Source of the DNA: Patescibacteria group bacterium
GTDB taxonomy: Bacteria; Patescibacteriota; Minisyncoccia; Phycocordibacterales; Phycocordibacteraceae
Reading direction: 5' to 3'
Length of the DNA stretch: 64,000 bases
NCBI GenBank assembly: GCA_040384705.1
Contig: JAZKIU010000001.1
Span: forward strand, 478,053-542,052
Of this stretch, positions 1-8,619 are shown piece after piece. The position numbers and the translations under genes are program-made. The notes under the pieces are model-generated. The model did no database searches. It was not told where the DNA came from and was given only the letters and a program-made list of their open reading frames with translations. Every line of letters begins with the position of its first letter. Within the stretch, counting starts at the first letter, position 1.

Positions 1-376
1 CGACGAGGTCGAGCTCGCCAGACAGCACTGCTTTGGATAGCTCCTTCAGCGTCTTCACCTTGGCGTTCGAGAGACCCGCTTTGCGCATGGACGTAGCACG
101 AATGCGCTTAACTGCTTCCGGCGTCACTTCGCCTCCGCACGCCTTCTCGAGACGGTCCCAAATACTATCAGCCGCCTTCGTCGAGAGCTGCTGGCCGGTG
201 ACCGCTCCTGCGAGCGATGCGAAGAGCTTCTGGCTCGAGTACCGCTTCTGGGCAGTGGAGCGCGGCTTGATGTCCTGGTAGTGGGGGAGCGCTGCCTTAT
301 ACAGGACCGGGTCCGCCTTCTTCAGGTGACGCATGGCTTCATCATGCACGTTCTTGGCCGTCGGTTTACCCGTCAT
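1..376 (-). CDS. HhH-GPD DNA glycosylase (AlkA / 3-methyladenine glycosylase-like), 5' part only; gene runs off the window start
   Basis: Reverse-strand translation starts MTGKPTAKNVHDEAMRHLKKADPVLYKAALPHYQDIKPRSTAQKRY..VTGQQLSTKAADSIWDRLE..VTPEAV..SMRKAGLSNAKVKTLKELSKAVLSGELDL. This is the classic HhH-GPD pattern. Absent from the ORF track because it has no stop inside the window. Confidence 0.7.
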   Translation of the reverse strand, partial: MTGKPTAKNVHDEAMRHLKKADPVLYKAALPHYQDIKPRSTAQKRYSSQKLFASLAGAVTGQQLSTKAADSIWDRLEKACGGEVTPEAVKRIRATSMRKAGLSNAKVKTLKELSKAVLSGELDLV

Positions 377-393
377 CTGGCTAGTATATACTT

Positions 394-617
394 ATGGGCA
401 CATGCTCCGCACCATCATACTTATCGTGGTCATCGTGCTCGTACTATCGTTCTTCGGCATTTCCATACAGAGCGTCATTAACTCGCCCACGGGGCAGGAG
501 AACTTCGGGTTCCTCTGGGATCTCATCAAGGACGGATGGGAGGTCATAAAAGAAGGCTGGAACTCGTTCCTCGCTTTCTTCGGCGAGATCTTCAAGCCGC
601 TTTCGTTCGGCCAATAA
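394..617 (+). CDS. Small membrane protein (about 71-74 aa), unknown function
   Basis: Internal start of ORF 333..617. MLRTIILIVVIVLVLSFFGISIQ is hydrophobic, followed by WDLIKDGWEVIKEGW. A TATATA-like -10 lies just upstream. Confidence 0.4.
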
Positions 618-621
618 CCCT

Positions 622-879
622 ATGGACGCTCCGAAGCCCAAGCAGATAACCATTGCGCTCCCTCCGGACGCGCGTGCGATGTTCTCGAACGCGACGCAGG
701 TCATGGTGTCGGACGATTCGGTCATCATCCAATTCGCGTACGTGCGGCCGAACACGAAGGTGGGGCAGCTCATCTCGGAGATATCGCTCTCGCCCAAGCA
801 CGCGATAGAGTTCAGCCGCGCGCTCGACTCCACCATCAAGAAGCACTTCACCAGGCATCTCGAGGAAATCAATCCCTAG
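622..879 (+). CDS. Small protein, probably DUF3467-like
   Basis: 85 aa with protein-like composition. The pattern ..FSNATQVMVSDDSVIIQFAY....LSPKHAIEFSRALDSTIKKH resembles DUF3467 as recalled from memory. Confidence 0.45.
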   Translation: MDAPKPKQITIALPPDARAMFSNATQVMVSDDSVIIQFAYVRPNTKVGQLISEISLSPKHAIEFSRALDSTIKKHFTRHLEEINP

Positions 880-994
880 GCCGTTTCTTTACTGTTCCGA
901 AGGCCCGTGGCCTATTCACTTAAATCTCATCATTGATGAGCTATACCGTAGAGGTTAGTAGCTTAGTACTAACGTTTAACCTTCTACGATTGAT

Positions 995-1231
995 ATGAAA
1001 ACGCTACTCCTCGGTGCGCTCGCGGCTGTAGCCGCTGTCGCTGTGCCAGGCATCTCCTTCGCCGCAACGTACGCCTATGTGAACAATACCGGTGAAGTCA
1101 TGACTGTCGAAGCGGCAACGCCGAACGCAGCCATCACGACCGCACCGGGCATTGATGAACACAGCGGTGTGATACTGGTGGATGATTCAGCAGACACGCA
1201 GCTCGTGGGCGACGACGTTCCCGGCGTGTAA
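995..1231 (+). CDS. Small secreted protein (signal peptide), unknown function
   Basis: MKTLLLGALAAVAAVAVPGISFA is a signal peptide. A perfect hairpin follows at about 1255-1284. Confidence 0.5.
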   Translation: MKTLLLGALAAVAAVAVPGISFAATYAYVNNTGEVMTVEAATPNAAITTAPGIDEHSGVILVDDSADTQLVGDDVPGV

Positions 1232-1253
1232 TTTCCGCTGCGCAGAAACGTCT

Positions 1254-1285
1254 GAACTCCCGAAGCGCTTGCTTCGGGAGTTCGC
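1254..1285 (+). terminator. Hairpin AACTCCCGAAGC-GCTT-GCTTCGGGAGTT downstream of the small secreted gene
   Basis: Perfect 12-bp inverted repeat seen in the sequence. No strong U-tract follows. Confidence 0.4.
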
Positions 1286-1368
1286 TCGTTCATGAAGAGG
1301 AGCGTACTGCTGAGCTCGCTCATAATTCTCCCTGTCGGTATAGTTGTACTACATAACTCCATACACCC

Positions 1369-2181
1369 ATGTCATATTCACGCATCACCACGTTCTCCCT
1401 CGCGCTCATTCTCGCGTTCTCCTTCCTCCCGTTCGCGGCATATGCCGCGGATGTTGAAGCTAGTATCGACGAAAGCAGCCTGACTACGTCCTCGAAGAAA
1501 CCAACCATATCGGGCGAGACCAACGCGACTACGTCGGTATACGTCGTCGTGCGCTCTGAGGCCGGCAAGATTGTGTATAAGAAGATCGCGAAGGTTAAGG
1601 ACGGCGAATGGAAAGCGAAGATGACCCGCACCCTCAAGAGAGGGGACTACGAGGTGAGCGTCTATGAATCGAAGAAGTCCAAGGACGCTCTGGACGAGGA
1701 AACGCTCACACTCACCACCAAGTCCAAGGCAAAGACGGCAGGGAAGTCATCAGCCTCCCTTTCGGTCACTTCGGTGCCGCTTCTGTTCGGCGGGAACGCT
1801 AAGCTCGGCAGCTCCATCCCGGTCGCGTACGTGAAGCTCGTGAACACGACGAACGCAACAACCTCGATAGAAGGATTCACTCTCCGCCAGAACGGGTCGG
1901 CCGCGACCGATATCATAACGACGTTCGCAACGAACGACGATAAGGGCGGGTCGCGCACGGTTGTACCGAGCGTATTCAAGAAAGGGGAGGTATACGTACC
2001 GCTTGCAGCCGAACTCGCCCCAGGCCAGATGCGCATCTTCACACTTAAGGCCGCATTGAACGCGGCTTCGTACACTGCACTCGGCAAGACGCTTGTGCTC
2101 GACGTGGTATCAGTCGACACGAGTGCGAAGCTCGTTGGAACGCTCCCGCTCCGTGGTACCGTTTGGACATTGGCGTTCTAA
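1369..2181 (+). CDS. Secreted protein (signal peptide), unknown function
   Basis: N-terminus MSYSRITTFSLALILAFSFLPFAAYAA. Rich in Thr, Ser and Lys with beta-rich composition. Confidence 0.6.
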   Translation: MSYSRITTFSLALILAFSFLPFAAYAADVEASIDESSLTTSSKKPTISGETNATTSVYVVVRSEAGKIVYKKIAKVKDGEWKAKMTRTLKRGDYEVSVYESKKSKDALDEETLTLTTKSKAKTAGKSSASLSVTSVPLLFGGNAKLGSSIPVAYVKLVNTTNATTSIEGFTLRQNGSAATDIITTFATNDDKGGSRTVVPSVFKKGEVYVPLAAELAPGQMRIFTLKAALNAASYTALGKTLVLDVVSVDTSAKLVGTLPLRGTVWTLAF

Positions 2182-2204
2182 CCTAGCGCCCGCACCTACT
2201 ACCT

Positions 2205-2522
2205 ATGATCTCACTCCTTTTCGGTTTCGTTATCGGCATCGCGTTCGTCATCTTTGCGCTGCAGAATACCGCCATAGTGGCGCTCTCCTTCCTTGGGTGG
2301 AAGTTCGAGAGCCCGCTCGCGCTCGTTGCGCTCCTGGTCTTTGCGGCCGGTATCGCCCTCTCAGCTGCCGTTTCCATCCCGAGCGTCATACGCGACAGCT
2401 TGCGTATCCGACGGCTCGAGAAGGAGAATGGCGTATTGCGGAACGAGCGTGATGAGCTCGCTACGGCTCTCGAGAACTACAATCCGGTGGTGGTAACGAG
2501 CCCTCACCTCGCTCAGCGCTAA
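2205..2522 (+). CDS. LapA-domain (DUF1049) small membrane protein
   Basis: Two transmembrane segments followed by a coiled-coil tail RRLEKENGVLRNERDELATALE, the typical LapA_dom architecture. Confidence 0.55.
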   Translation: MISLLFGFVIGIAFVIFALQNTAIVALSFLGWKFESPLALVALLVFAAGIALSAAVSIPSVIRDSLRIRRLEKENGVLRNERDELATALENYNPVVVTSPHLAQR

Positions 2523-2527
2523 TCCCC

Positions 2528-3199
2528 ATGTACCTTCCTGCACACATTGGCGTTATTGCGCTCGCGCTCATTCTTGTCGCTCCGGTACCGACCCATGCCG
2601 CAACGGTGTACGACAATGATCGGTCCTATTTCTCCCGGGAAGAGTACAGGAGCTCCTCCAGCCGACTCTCTTCAAGCCTACGTAACAAGATAAAGAAGCT
2701 CGATGACGATGCCGTAGAGAACCTTCCTATCCCAATCGCACTTGGCGTTGCGCTTCGCAACCTGAGCAAGAACTTCGGTGACGATAGGGATGGCGGAGCA
2801 CGCTCGCACGAAGGCCTCGATATCATGGCGCCTCGTGGTGCCTATATCGCGTCCCCGACCGAAGCGGTAGTCACGCGCACCGGCAAGGGCTCGAGCGCAG
2901 GAACCTATGTCTATACGATGGGCCCAGGAGGCGAGACGTTTGCGTACATGCACTTGGACGGCATTGCAGACGGCATTAAGTCAGGGAGCGAGCTCAAGGC
3001 CGGTGATCTTATCGGATACGTGGGCGACACAGGTAACGCCAAAGGAGGTGCGACGCACCTCCACTTCGAGATACGCGAAGGCCGCAAGGCGACCGATCCG
3101 TTCCCACGGCTTACGAGAGAATTCACTTCAGCGGAACTCATACGCACACTGACAGATGTCGTGGAGGAGCTTCAGGCAGACCTTAAGAGAAAGGACTGA
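2528..3199 (+). CDS. M23 family metallopeptidase (LytM-like)
   Basis: HEGLDI ... GYVGDTGNAKGGATHLHFEIR motifs, with an N-terminal signal/transmembrane segment. Confidence 0.8.
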   Translation: MYLPAHIGVIALALILVAPVPTHAATVYDNDRSYFSREEYRSSSSRLSSSLRNKIKKLDDDAVENLPIPIALGVALRNLSKNFGDDRDGGARSHEGLDIMAPRGAYIASPTEAVVTRTGKGSSAGTYVYTMGPGGETFAYMHLDGIADGIKSGSELKAGDLIGYVGDTGNAKGGATHLHFEIREGRKATDPFPRLTREFTSAELIRTLTDVVEELQADLKRKD

Positions 3200-3248
3200 T
3201 CAGCTTACGAAGAACAGAGGAGACTACATTCTCTTCCGAAGAGATAGA

Positions 3249-4043
3249 TCAAGCGGTTGATTCTTTCTTCAGGAAACTCGTAAGTACCGGCAGTAGGACT
3301 TTAGTATTCACCATGTGGCTTTGGCCGGGAAGCACGACGAACTCCGAGCCTGGAATGGCCTGTGCTAATTCTTTCCCTACAGCATGAATGCGTTCAGGAT
3401 TCTTCCCTCCAACAGCGATTTGTACCGGCAAGGTGACTTGGGAGGCTCGTTCGATGGGCGGCATATCATCGGTCAAGGCGATATCGTACGCAAGGGTCGG
3501 CGCGAGAGCTACCATAGTCGACCAGCCGGGCATTATCCGAAACAGGAAGACGAATGCTTTCGGAATACCGATGCCTTTCAGGAAACCGGTCATGGCTTCC
3601 GCATTCTTCCCGGCTTCAAGCAGTGAATGCACCTTGCGGCTTAGCTTCTCGTATTCAGCCTTCTCCTCCTCATCGTGCACATAAGGAGGATCGTACATGA
3701 CGACCTTTTGTACTTTGTCAGGCAGACGCAGAGCAGCTTCGAGCGCAAGCACGGCCCCAGAAGAGTGACCGTATAGATAGGCTGTGCCGCCAGCAGCATC
3801 GATCATTGCTTGAATGTCCTCAACCTCACGTTCCACTGCCCACGGGAGCGTATCGGTGCTATCTCCGCGTCCACGACGGTCGTAGTTGTAGACGGTAAAT
3901 TCCTTGGCCAATATCTTGGCGTCATCGACGATCGGCATGAACGAGCGGAAGCAGCTCGCCCCCGTTATGTAGATGAGAGCGGGGCCGCTACCGTACACAT
4001 CGTAGGCTATGTTTGTGCCGTCTTTCGATTGAGTTGTTTTCAT
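3249..4043 (-). CDS. Alpha/beta hydrolase fold protein
   Basis: GHSSGA nucleophile-elbow motif; 264 aa. Confidence 0.75.
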   Translation of the reverse strand: MKTTQSKDGTNIAYDVYGSGPALIYITGASCFRSFMPIVDDAKILAKEFTVYNYDRRGRGDSTDTLPWAVEREVEDIQAMIDAAGGTAYLYGHSSGAVLALEAALRLPDKVQKVVMYDPPYVHDEEEKAEYEKLSRKVHSLLEAGKNAEAMTGFLKGIGIPKAFVFLFRIMPGWSTMVALAPTLAYDIALTDDMPPIERASQVTLPVQIAVGGKNPERIHAVGKELAQAIPGSEFVVLPGQSHMVNTKVLLPVLTSFLKKESTA

Positions 4044-4169
4044 GCTGCGTGTTCTTACTTATTACCCACCGTAGTTGCGTGTAGTCTAACAGGGAAGTCC
4101 CCCACCTGAAATATCCATACAGTGGGCCTTTTTTAATCTCGGCTCGGCCATCTCGGCTTCCCTAGCCTA

Positions 4170-4650
4170 GGAGGAAATAGGGAAGTGGCACTTCCCCGAC
4201 ATTTGAGTGAAATCTTTATATGCTCCAGGACGCCTGAATATGGCGGCTTTGGGGAAGTGGGCGTAGGAATTTATATATGCGGGACCTTATGCACCTCTCT
4301 AGAAGGGATTGGATGCTAGGGAAGTGTGCACTCAAAGAATCCAGACCGCCTGAGCAGCGCCTAGGCTATGGCTACATTACTTAGTCGCAAAAGATATATT
4401 GTGCGACATGCAGAAATACTGAATCCAAGGCTCATCAAGCCCTCCACTAAAATGCCCGCTCTACTCCCCTCCTATGCACCTGCCCTGCACCGACATCGAG
4501 TCAGCCGCCTCGTACATCTACCCGGAGATATAAATAAAAACTATTTGTACCACTTCCCCGAAAACATCCGAAAGGGCGGCGGGGGAGCGATTTAGGAAAA
4601 TAGGAAAGGGACCCCCGAAGAGGTCCCCTCACTTCCCTATTCCCTGCCCC
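4170..4650. repeat. Intergenic repeat cluster: GGGAAGTG / CACTTCCC eight-mer, six copies (three per orientation), including a perfect palindrome GGGAAGTG-GC-CACTTCCC
   Basis: Copies start near 4180, 4252 and 4319 (forward) and near 4190, 4551 and 4630 (reverse). The flanking 12-mer AATAGGGAAGTG appears forward at about 4176 and reverse at about 4630-4641. A GGGACC-N8-GGTCCC hairpin lies at about 4608-4627. Confidence 0.6.
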
Positions 4651-4804
4651 ATGCGGTACCGCTCGGGACAGGCTTCTTCTTTTTTCCGAGATCAGGAGAG
4701 GAGTCGGCTTTCGCTCTCTCGCCCTTCCTGCCATCGCCATGATGATAGTAATGCGCGATGGCCGTTCTCGGATCGTCCCGTCGAAGTACATTCGGATTGC
4801 ACAT
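4637..4804 (-). CDS. Possible 55-aa lysine/arginine-rich small protein
   Basis: Internal ATG of ORF 4637..5089, preceded by the SD-like GGAAGGAGAGAGTC. Sequence MCNPNVLRRDDPRTAIAHYYHHGDGRKGERAK..KKKKPVPSG. Confidence 0.25.
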   Translation of the reverse strand: MCNPNVLRRDDPRTAIAHYYHHGDGRKGERAKADSSPDLGKKKKPVPSGTAWGRE

Positions 4805-4839
4805 GACTCTCTCCTTCCATGTGCGTGCTACAAGCTGTT

Positions 4840-5055
4840 CTAGAAGAGCCTGGCGACCTCCGACGCCGCGTAATAGATGCTGGTCGGAATGACGATGAGA
4901 CCGGCACCGAGGAACGCAGTGAACCGCAGACGCGATATGTACATGTGGCAGTCGGGCTCCTCCTCCTGAAGGATTTCCTTCGCGATAGCGGAGCGCTCGG
5001 GGGCGGTAGATTTCGCGATAGTCATGGCCAGAGTCTCCCTTTCTAGAAAGGCCAT
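4840..5055 (-). CDS. Small protein with a C-terminal transmembrane segment, unknown function
   Basis: 71 aa; FLGAGLIVIPTSIYYAASEVARLF is hydrophobic. Upstream TTGACG-N17-TTAACT and a TATAAT overlapping the ATG. Confidence 0.35.
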   Translation of the reverse strand: MAFLERETLAMTIAKSTAPERSAIAKEILQEEEPDCHMYISRLRFTAFLGAGLIVIPTSIYYAASEVARLF

Positions 5056-5104
5056 TATAAGCTCTGCTCGAAGTTAAGCACCGCCCCACCCTCGCGTCAA
5101 AGAG

Positions 5105-5905
5105 CTAGCACTTCACATTATGTGTGATGTAATCGAAGGCTTCGTCGACCGAATCCACGAGATGGAAGAGCTTGAGGTCGGCCTCATCGATGGCACGGTA
5201 CTTGCCGTAGAGCTCGTTCGTGAAGAGATCGATGATGGGTGTCCAGAAGGCCTTGCCGTAGAGGACGATAGGTACCGGCTTTATCTTCTTCGTCTGTATG
5301 AGCGTGATAATTTCCGTGAACTCATCGAGCGTACCGAAGCCTCCTGGGAAATAGATGTAGACCTCAGACGCGAATGCGAGCATCACCTTGCGCACGAAGA
5401 AGTGGTCGAACATCATCGAGTCGGTGAGGAACTTATTCAGCGACTGGTTGTCCTCAAGACGGATGTTGAGGCCGATGGAGGCGCCTCCCGCTTCATGCGC
5501 TCCTCGATTAGCCGCCTGCATGACGCCTGAGCTGCCGCCTGTGATGACAGCGAAGCCGGCCTTGGCGAGCTTAGCCGCAAGATCGGTCGCATCCTGGTAT
5601 ACCTTCGAGTCGAAGGAGGCGCGTGCCGAGCCGAAGAAGGTTGCGGTGAGGCCATAGCGCTTGAGGAGCTCGAAGCCGTCCACGAACTCGGCCATTATCT
5701 TGAATATGCGCCAGCTCTCTATCTGGCGAGGCTTGCAAACGAGCGGTGCCGGATTCGCAGGCACCTCGTCCTTCCCGTGCTGTATGGCCTCGGTAAGAAC
5801 GGCCGCCATCGCGCGGTCTCTCTCCTTATCGCGGATATTACTATCCCCTGCCCCGATGGCTTCGGGCGGCACTACTAACTGTTCGCTCATCTGGTTCTCA
5901 TTCAT
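5105..5905 (-). CDS. LOG family protein (cytokinin riboside 5'-monophosphate phosphoribohydrolase-like; TIGR00730)
   Basis: ITGGSSGVMQAANRGAHEAGGASIGLNI and PGGFGTLDE motifs. Confidence 0.8.
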   Translation of the reverse strand: MNENQMSEQLVVPPEAIGAGDSNIRDKERDRAMAAVLTEAIQHGKDEVPANPAPLVCKPRQIESWRIFKIMAEFVDGFELLKRYGLTATFFGSARASFDSKVYQDATDLAAKLAKAGFAVITGGSSGVMQAANRGAHEAGGASIGLNIRLEDNQSLNKFLTDSMMFDHFFVRKVMLAFASEVYIYFPGGFGTLDEFTEIITLIQTKKIKPVPIVLYGKAFWTPIIDLFTNELYGKYRAIDEADLKLFHLVDSVDEAFDYITHNVKC

Positions 5906-6494
5906 GGTGCCAAGGTATGTCGTACTCGCTGAATTCCGGGAATATCTTTCGATTATACGCTATGCGTGCGATGACCTCCGCATGGCATAACGCTCCGGTG
6001 AGCCCGTTGTGCGGGCGCGGCTCTTCGGGGATGCCGACATAGCGGAGCGCGAAATCGAGATTGATAGCCGAGTGATGATTGAGGAGCGGTGGCGTTAGTC
6101 CTTTCTGGACCATGTGCAGCCACGTGAGCGTATGCACATCGAGCGTACGCTTGCCGAACGGGCATTCTATCCCCGCGCGCTTGCAGGCTTGCTGCACGAA
6201 CTCCAGGTCGAATGATACGTTCTGCGCGGCAAGCGTCCTATCCTCGGGCCTATCGGTCGCCCATGCGACAAAAGAAGCGATGAGATCCGCTTCGCCCTTC
6301 TTGCTCCCGTCCGTTATCTCTTCCCTCGTGAACCCATTTATGGAAAGCGCCTCGTCCGTGACATGCGCTCCTTCCCAGGCGGCGCATTCCTCGTAGAACT
6401 GGTTGGTGGGGTCATGTAAGTCCACCGCGCCTAGAGAAAGGATGGAGCAGCGTTCCGGGGAAAGCCCGCTCGCTTCAACATCGAGTACTATCAT
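5898..6494 (-). CDS. 3'-5' exonuclease, DnaQ-like (DEDD family)
   Basis: MIVLDVEASGL..., H-x4-D near the C-terminus; length matches an epsilon-like exonuclease domain. Overlaps the LOG gene by 8 nt, suggesting an operon. Confidence 0.7.
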   Translation of the reverse strand: MIVLDVEASGLSPERCSILSLGAVDLHDPTNQFYEECAAWEGAHVTDEALSINGFTREEITDGSKKGEADLIASFVAWATDRPEDRTLAAQNVSFDLEFVQQACKRAGIECPFGKRTLDVHTLTWLHMVQKGLTPPLLNHHSAINLDFALRYVGIPEEPRPHNGLTGALCHAEVIARIAYNRKIFPEFSEYDIPWHHE

Positions 6495-6503
6495 GCCTCC
6501 ATT

Positions 6504-6914
6504 CTACAGGCCCGGGCAATTCGACGCAGGGCCGTACCCGGCCGCTGCTGCCTGTTCCTTCGTATCGAACCACACCTTGTTCTCCTCCTTGATACGCTTG
6601 GCCCCGCTACAGGTTGGAAGATGGTACTTCGAGCCGCTCTTGGACGCGACGTATTTCCCCGCTGCTTGAGCCGCTAGTTCGGTAGCCGCGGCTGCAGGAG
6701 CACTCGCTACGGCTGCAGGAAGCCCTTCCGACTTCGATAGCTGCTCTATCCAGACCTTATCTCCCCCGCTCCCTTGCTCCATCTCCTTGCCGGCGAGTAC
6801 GCCGAGCGCGAACGCGGCCGTGCACGAGAGCACGAGTATCAGGATGACCAGCATATCCGCCGGAATACGGCGAACCCCTTCCTTGCCCGCCTCTTGTAGG
6901 TCTGGTATACTCAT
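6504..6914 (-). CDS. Membrane-anchored protein with an Ala-rich linker and a C-terminal domain resembling the Ada metal-binding domain
   Basis: N-terminal transmembrane segment, then KYHLPTCSGAKRIKEENKVWFDTKEQAAAAGYGPASNCP. Ada-N has the pattern YHxPxC....N..F....EA..AGYRPC. Only 2 Cys residues are present. Confidence 0.45.
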   Translation of the reverse strand: MSIPDLQEAGKEGVRRIPADMLVILILVLSCTAAFALGVLAGKEMEQGSGGDKVWIEQLSKSEGLPAAVASAPAAAATELAAQAAGKYVASKSGSKYHLPTCSGAKRIKEENKVWFDTKEQAAAAGYGPASNCPGL

Positions 6915-6936
6915 CGCTACCTAAAGAATAGCATTT

Positions 6937-7218
6937 ATGGCAAGTACAAAGGCCGGAGGATCAGCAAAGAACCTAAATACATCGAACCCGAAATACCTCG
7001 GGGTTAAGCTCGCGGATGGCCAGGCAGCGCGCCCTGGAATGGTCATCGTACGCCAGCGCGGCACCAAGATTGAGGCCGGAAAGAACGTGAAGGTCGGCAA
7101 GGACCACACCCTCTACTCCATGATTACGGGTAAGGTCGCCTTCCGTGACCGCCGCAAGACCAACTTCGATGGCCGCGTGGTCAAGAAGAAGGTCGTCGAC
7201 GTCCTCGTCGCTGCCTAA
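6937..7218 (+). CDS. rpmA: 50S ribosomal protein L27
   Basis: GGSAKN..PKYLGVK..DGQ.A..G.VIVRQRGTK...G.NV..GKDHTLY...G.V.F. Confidence 0.93.
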   Translation: MASTKAGGSAKNLNTSNPKYLGVKLADGQAARPGMVIVRQRGTKIEAGKNVKVGKDHTLYSMITGKVAFRDRRKTNFDGRVVKKKVVDVLVAA

Positions 7219-7237
7219 CTAGGCCTCGAACGCTCCT

Positions 7238-7283
7238 AAATAGCCCGGCTTCAGAACGAAGCCGGGCTATTGCTTTTATATAG
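7238..7283 (+). terminator. Rho-independent terminator after rpmA
   Basis: AATAGCCCGGCTTC-AGAAC-GAAGCCGGGCTATT followed by GCTTTTAT. Confidence 0.75.
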
Positions 7284-7346
7284 AAAAGTGATATGGTTGT
7301 GCTTAGAGCGAGGAATATCCTTGCTAAAGAAACTTCCAGCCCTAGA

Positions 7347-8481
7347 GAGGTGTGTCATGCCCTTCATTCGTCAGTTCCTGACCCTGATGGCCTTCGTCAT
7401 CAGCTTCGCGCTTATCGCCTCCCCGGCGTCCGCCGAGGGGATGAACGGCGTGATCAACGCCTGCAAGACCCAGAACATGGAACGGCTCTCCGTGGACGAG
7501 GAAGGTGCGCGTCGGCTTTCTGCCGGCGTCACCATCACGTACAACGGGAAGAACGTTCCCATGGGACGCAACATCTGGAGCTCGTGCGAGGAAATCGTCC
7601 AGTCCAGCGCGCCCATCGTTCGCTCGGATGCTCCGATCGCGCGTCCGCAACCCGCGGCTAAGGTCGATCCTGCTCCGGTCGTCGCCCAGAAGGCGCCGCC
7701 CGCCGTCAAGACCGACCCGGCCGTGAAGGTGCCCTCCGTGGCCGTCACCGAACCGGTGGTGCCCACGGAGACCATCAATGCCTACGCCCGTGCGGCCCAC
7801 AGGGGCCAGCACACCGGCGGGACCGGTCTCATCCGTCACGCTGACGAGATGGTCCGCAACACGAACCGACCCAGCTACTACGACCCGCCGACAGCGCCCG
7901 CATCCGTGTTCATGGAGAGCCTGAAGGGCTCTGTCGCGAGCACGACGGCCTGGCTGTCGAGCCGGAACGACGATGCGCATCGCATCAAGGCTTGGATCGC
8001 GGAGATCCTGCAGCCGTTGCTGACCGACACCAAGCGCGCGGACAAGACCGCGAGCTGGATGACGAAACAGCAAGACGGCGTGCAGAACGCCGCAGCATGG
8101 GTGACTAGCGCCCTGCCGTCCCTACCCGACATCAAAGGCTACGCCAAGCGCGCGCTCGCTTGGACGATTAGCCCGCTCTGGCACCTCGCCATCGTCGTCG
8201 TGGGCGCCATCATCGCCGCGATCGGCATCAGGTTCATCCTGGTGGAACGCGACTACCGGCTGCACCCCGAGAAGTACGAGGAGCTCCCGGAACCCGCGAT
8301 TGACCCTGATACGCTTTGGTCCGCTGTCGAGCTCGAGCTCGAGGAGACCGGCGCCATAAGGCCCGCGGAAGCGCAGCTCGAGGAGACGGAAGAAGTGGAG
8401 GGGCCGGCCATCTTGGCCGCGACCAACTGCAACGACCCCGACTCCCACCCCATCTCCCGTAGGGAACGGATGCTGGGCTGA
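7347..8481 (+). CDS. Secreted/membrane protein: signal peptide, proline-rich linker, C-terminal transmembrane segment and acidic tail; unknown function; high GC3
   Basis: Internal start MPFIRQFLTLMAFVISFALIASPASAEG of ORF 7270..8481. Contains PAAKVDPAPVVAQKAPPAVKTDPAVKVP and a C-terminal LWHLAIVVVGAIIAAIGIRFILV. Codon third positions are almost all G or C. Overlapping shadow ORFs appear in all frames. Confidence 0.55.
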
Positions 8482-8551
8482 AACGCCTCTCATCCTCAGT
8501 CCTTTCTACAGAAAGCACCTTAAGCAAGGCGACGCCCCACCCGGGTCGTCG

Positions 8552-8581
8552 CCTTCTTCATATATATGCGAAAAGCCGCGC
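8552..8581. terminator. Bidirectional terminator hairpin between convergent genes
   Basis: AAAAGCCGCGCATCGCTGCACGGCTTTT. Confidence 0.55.
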
Positions 8582-8619
8582 ATCGCTGCACGGCTTTTCT
8601 TATATGCCCGACGACCGTC

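Noticed and set aside
4170-4650. Replication origin with DnaA boxes.
   Set aside because: The repeated 8-mer GGGAAGTG does not resemble TTATCCACA. dnaA and dnaN are not adjacent. There is no AT-rich DNA-unwinding element.
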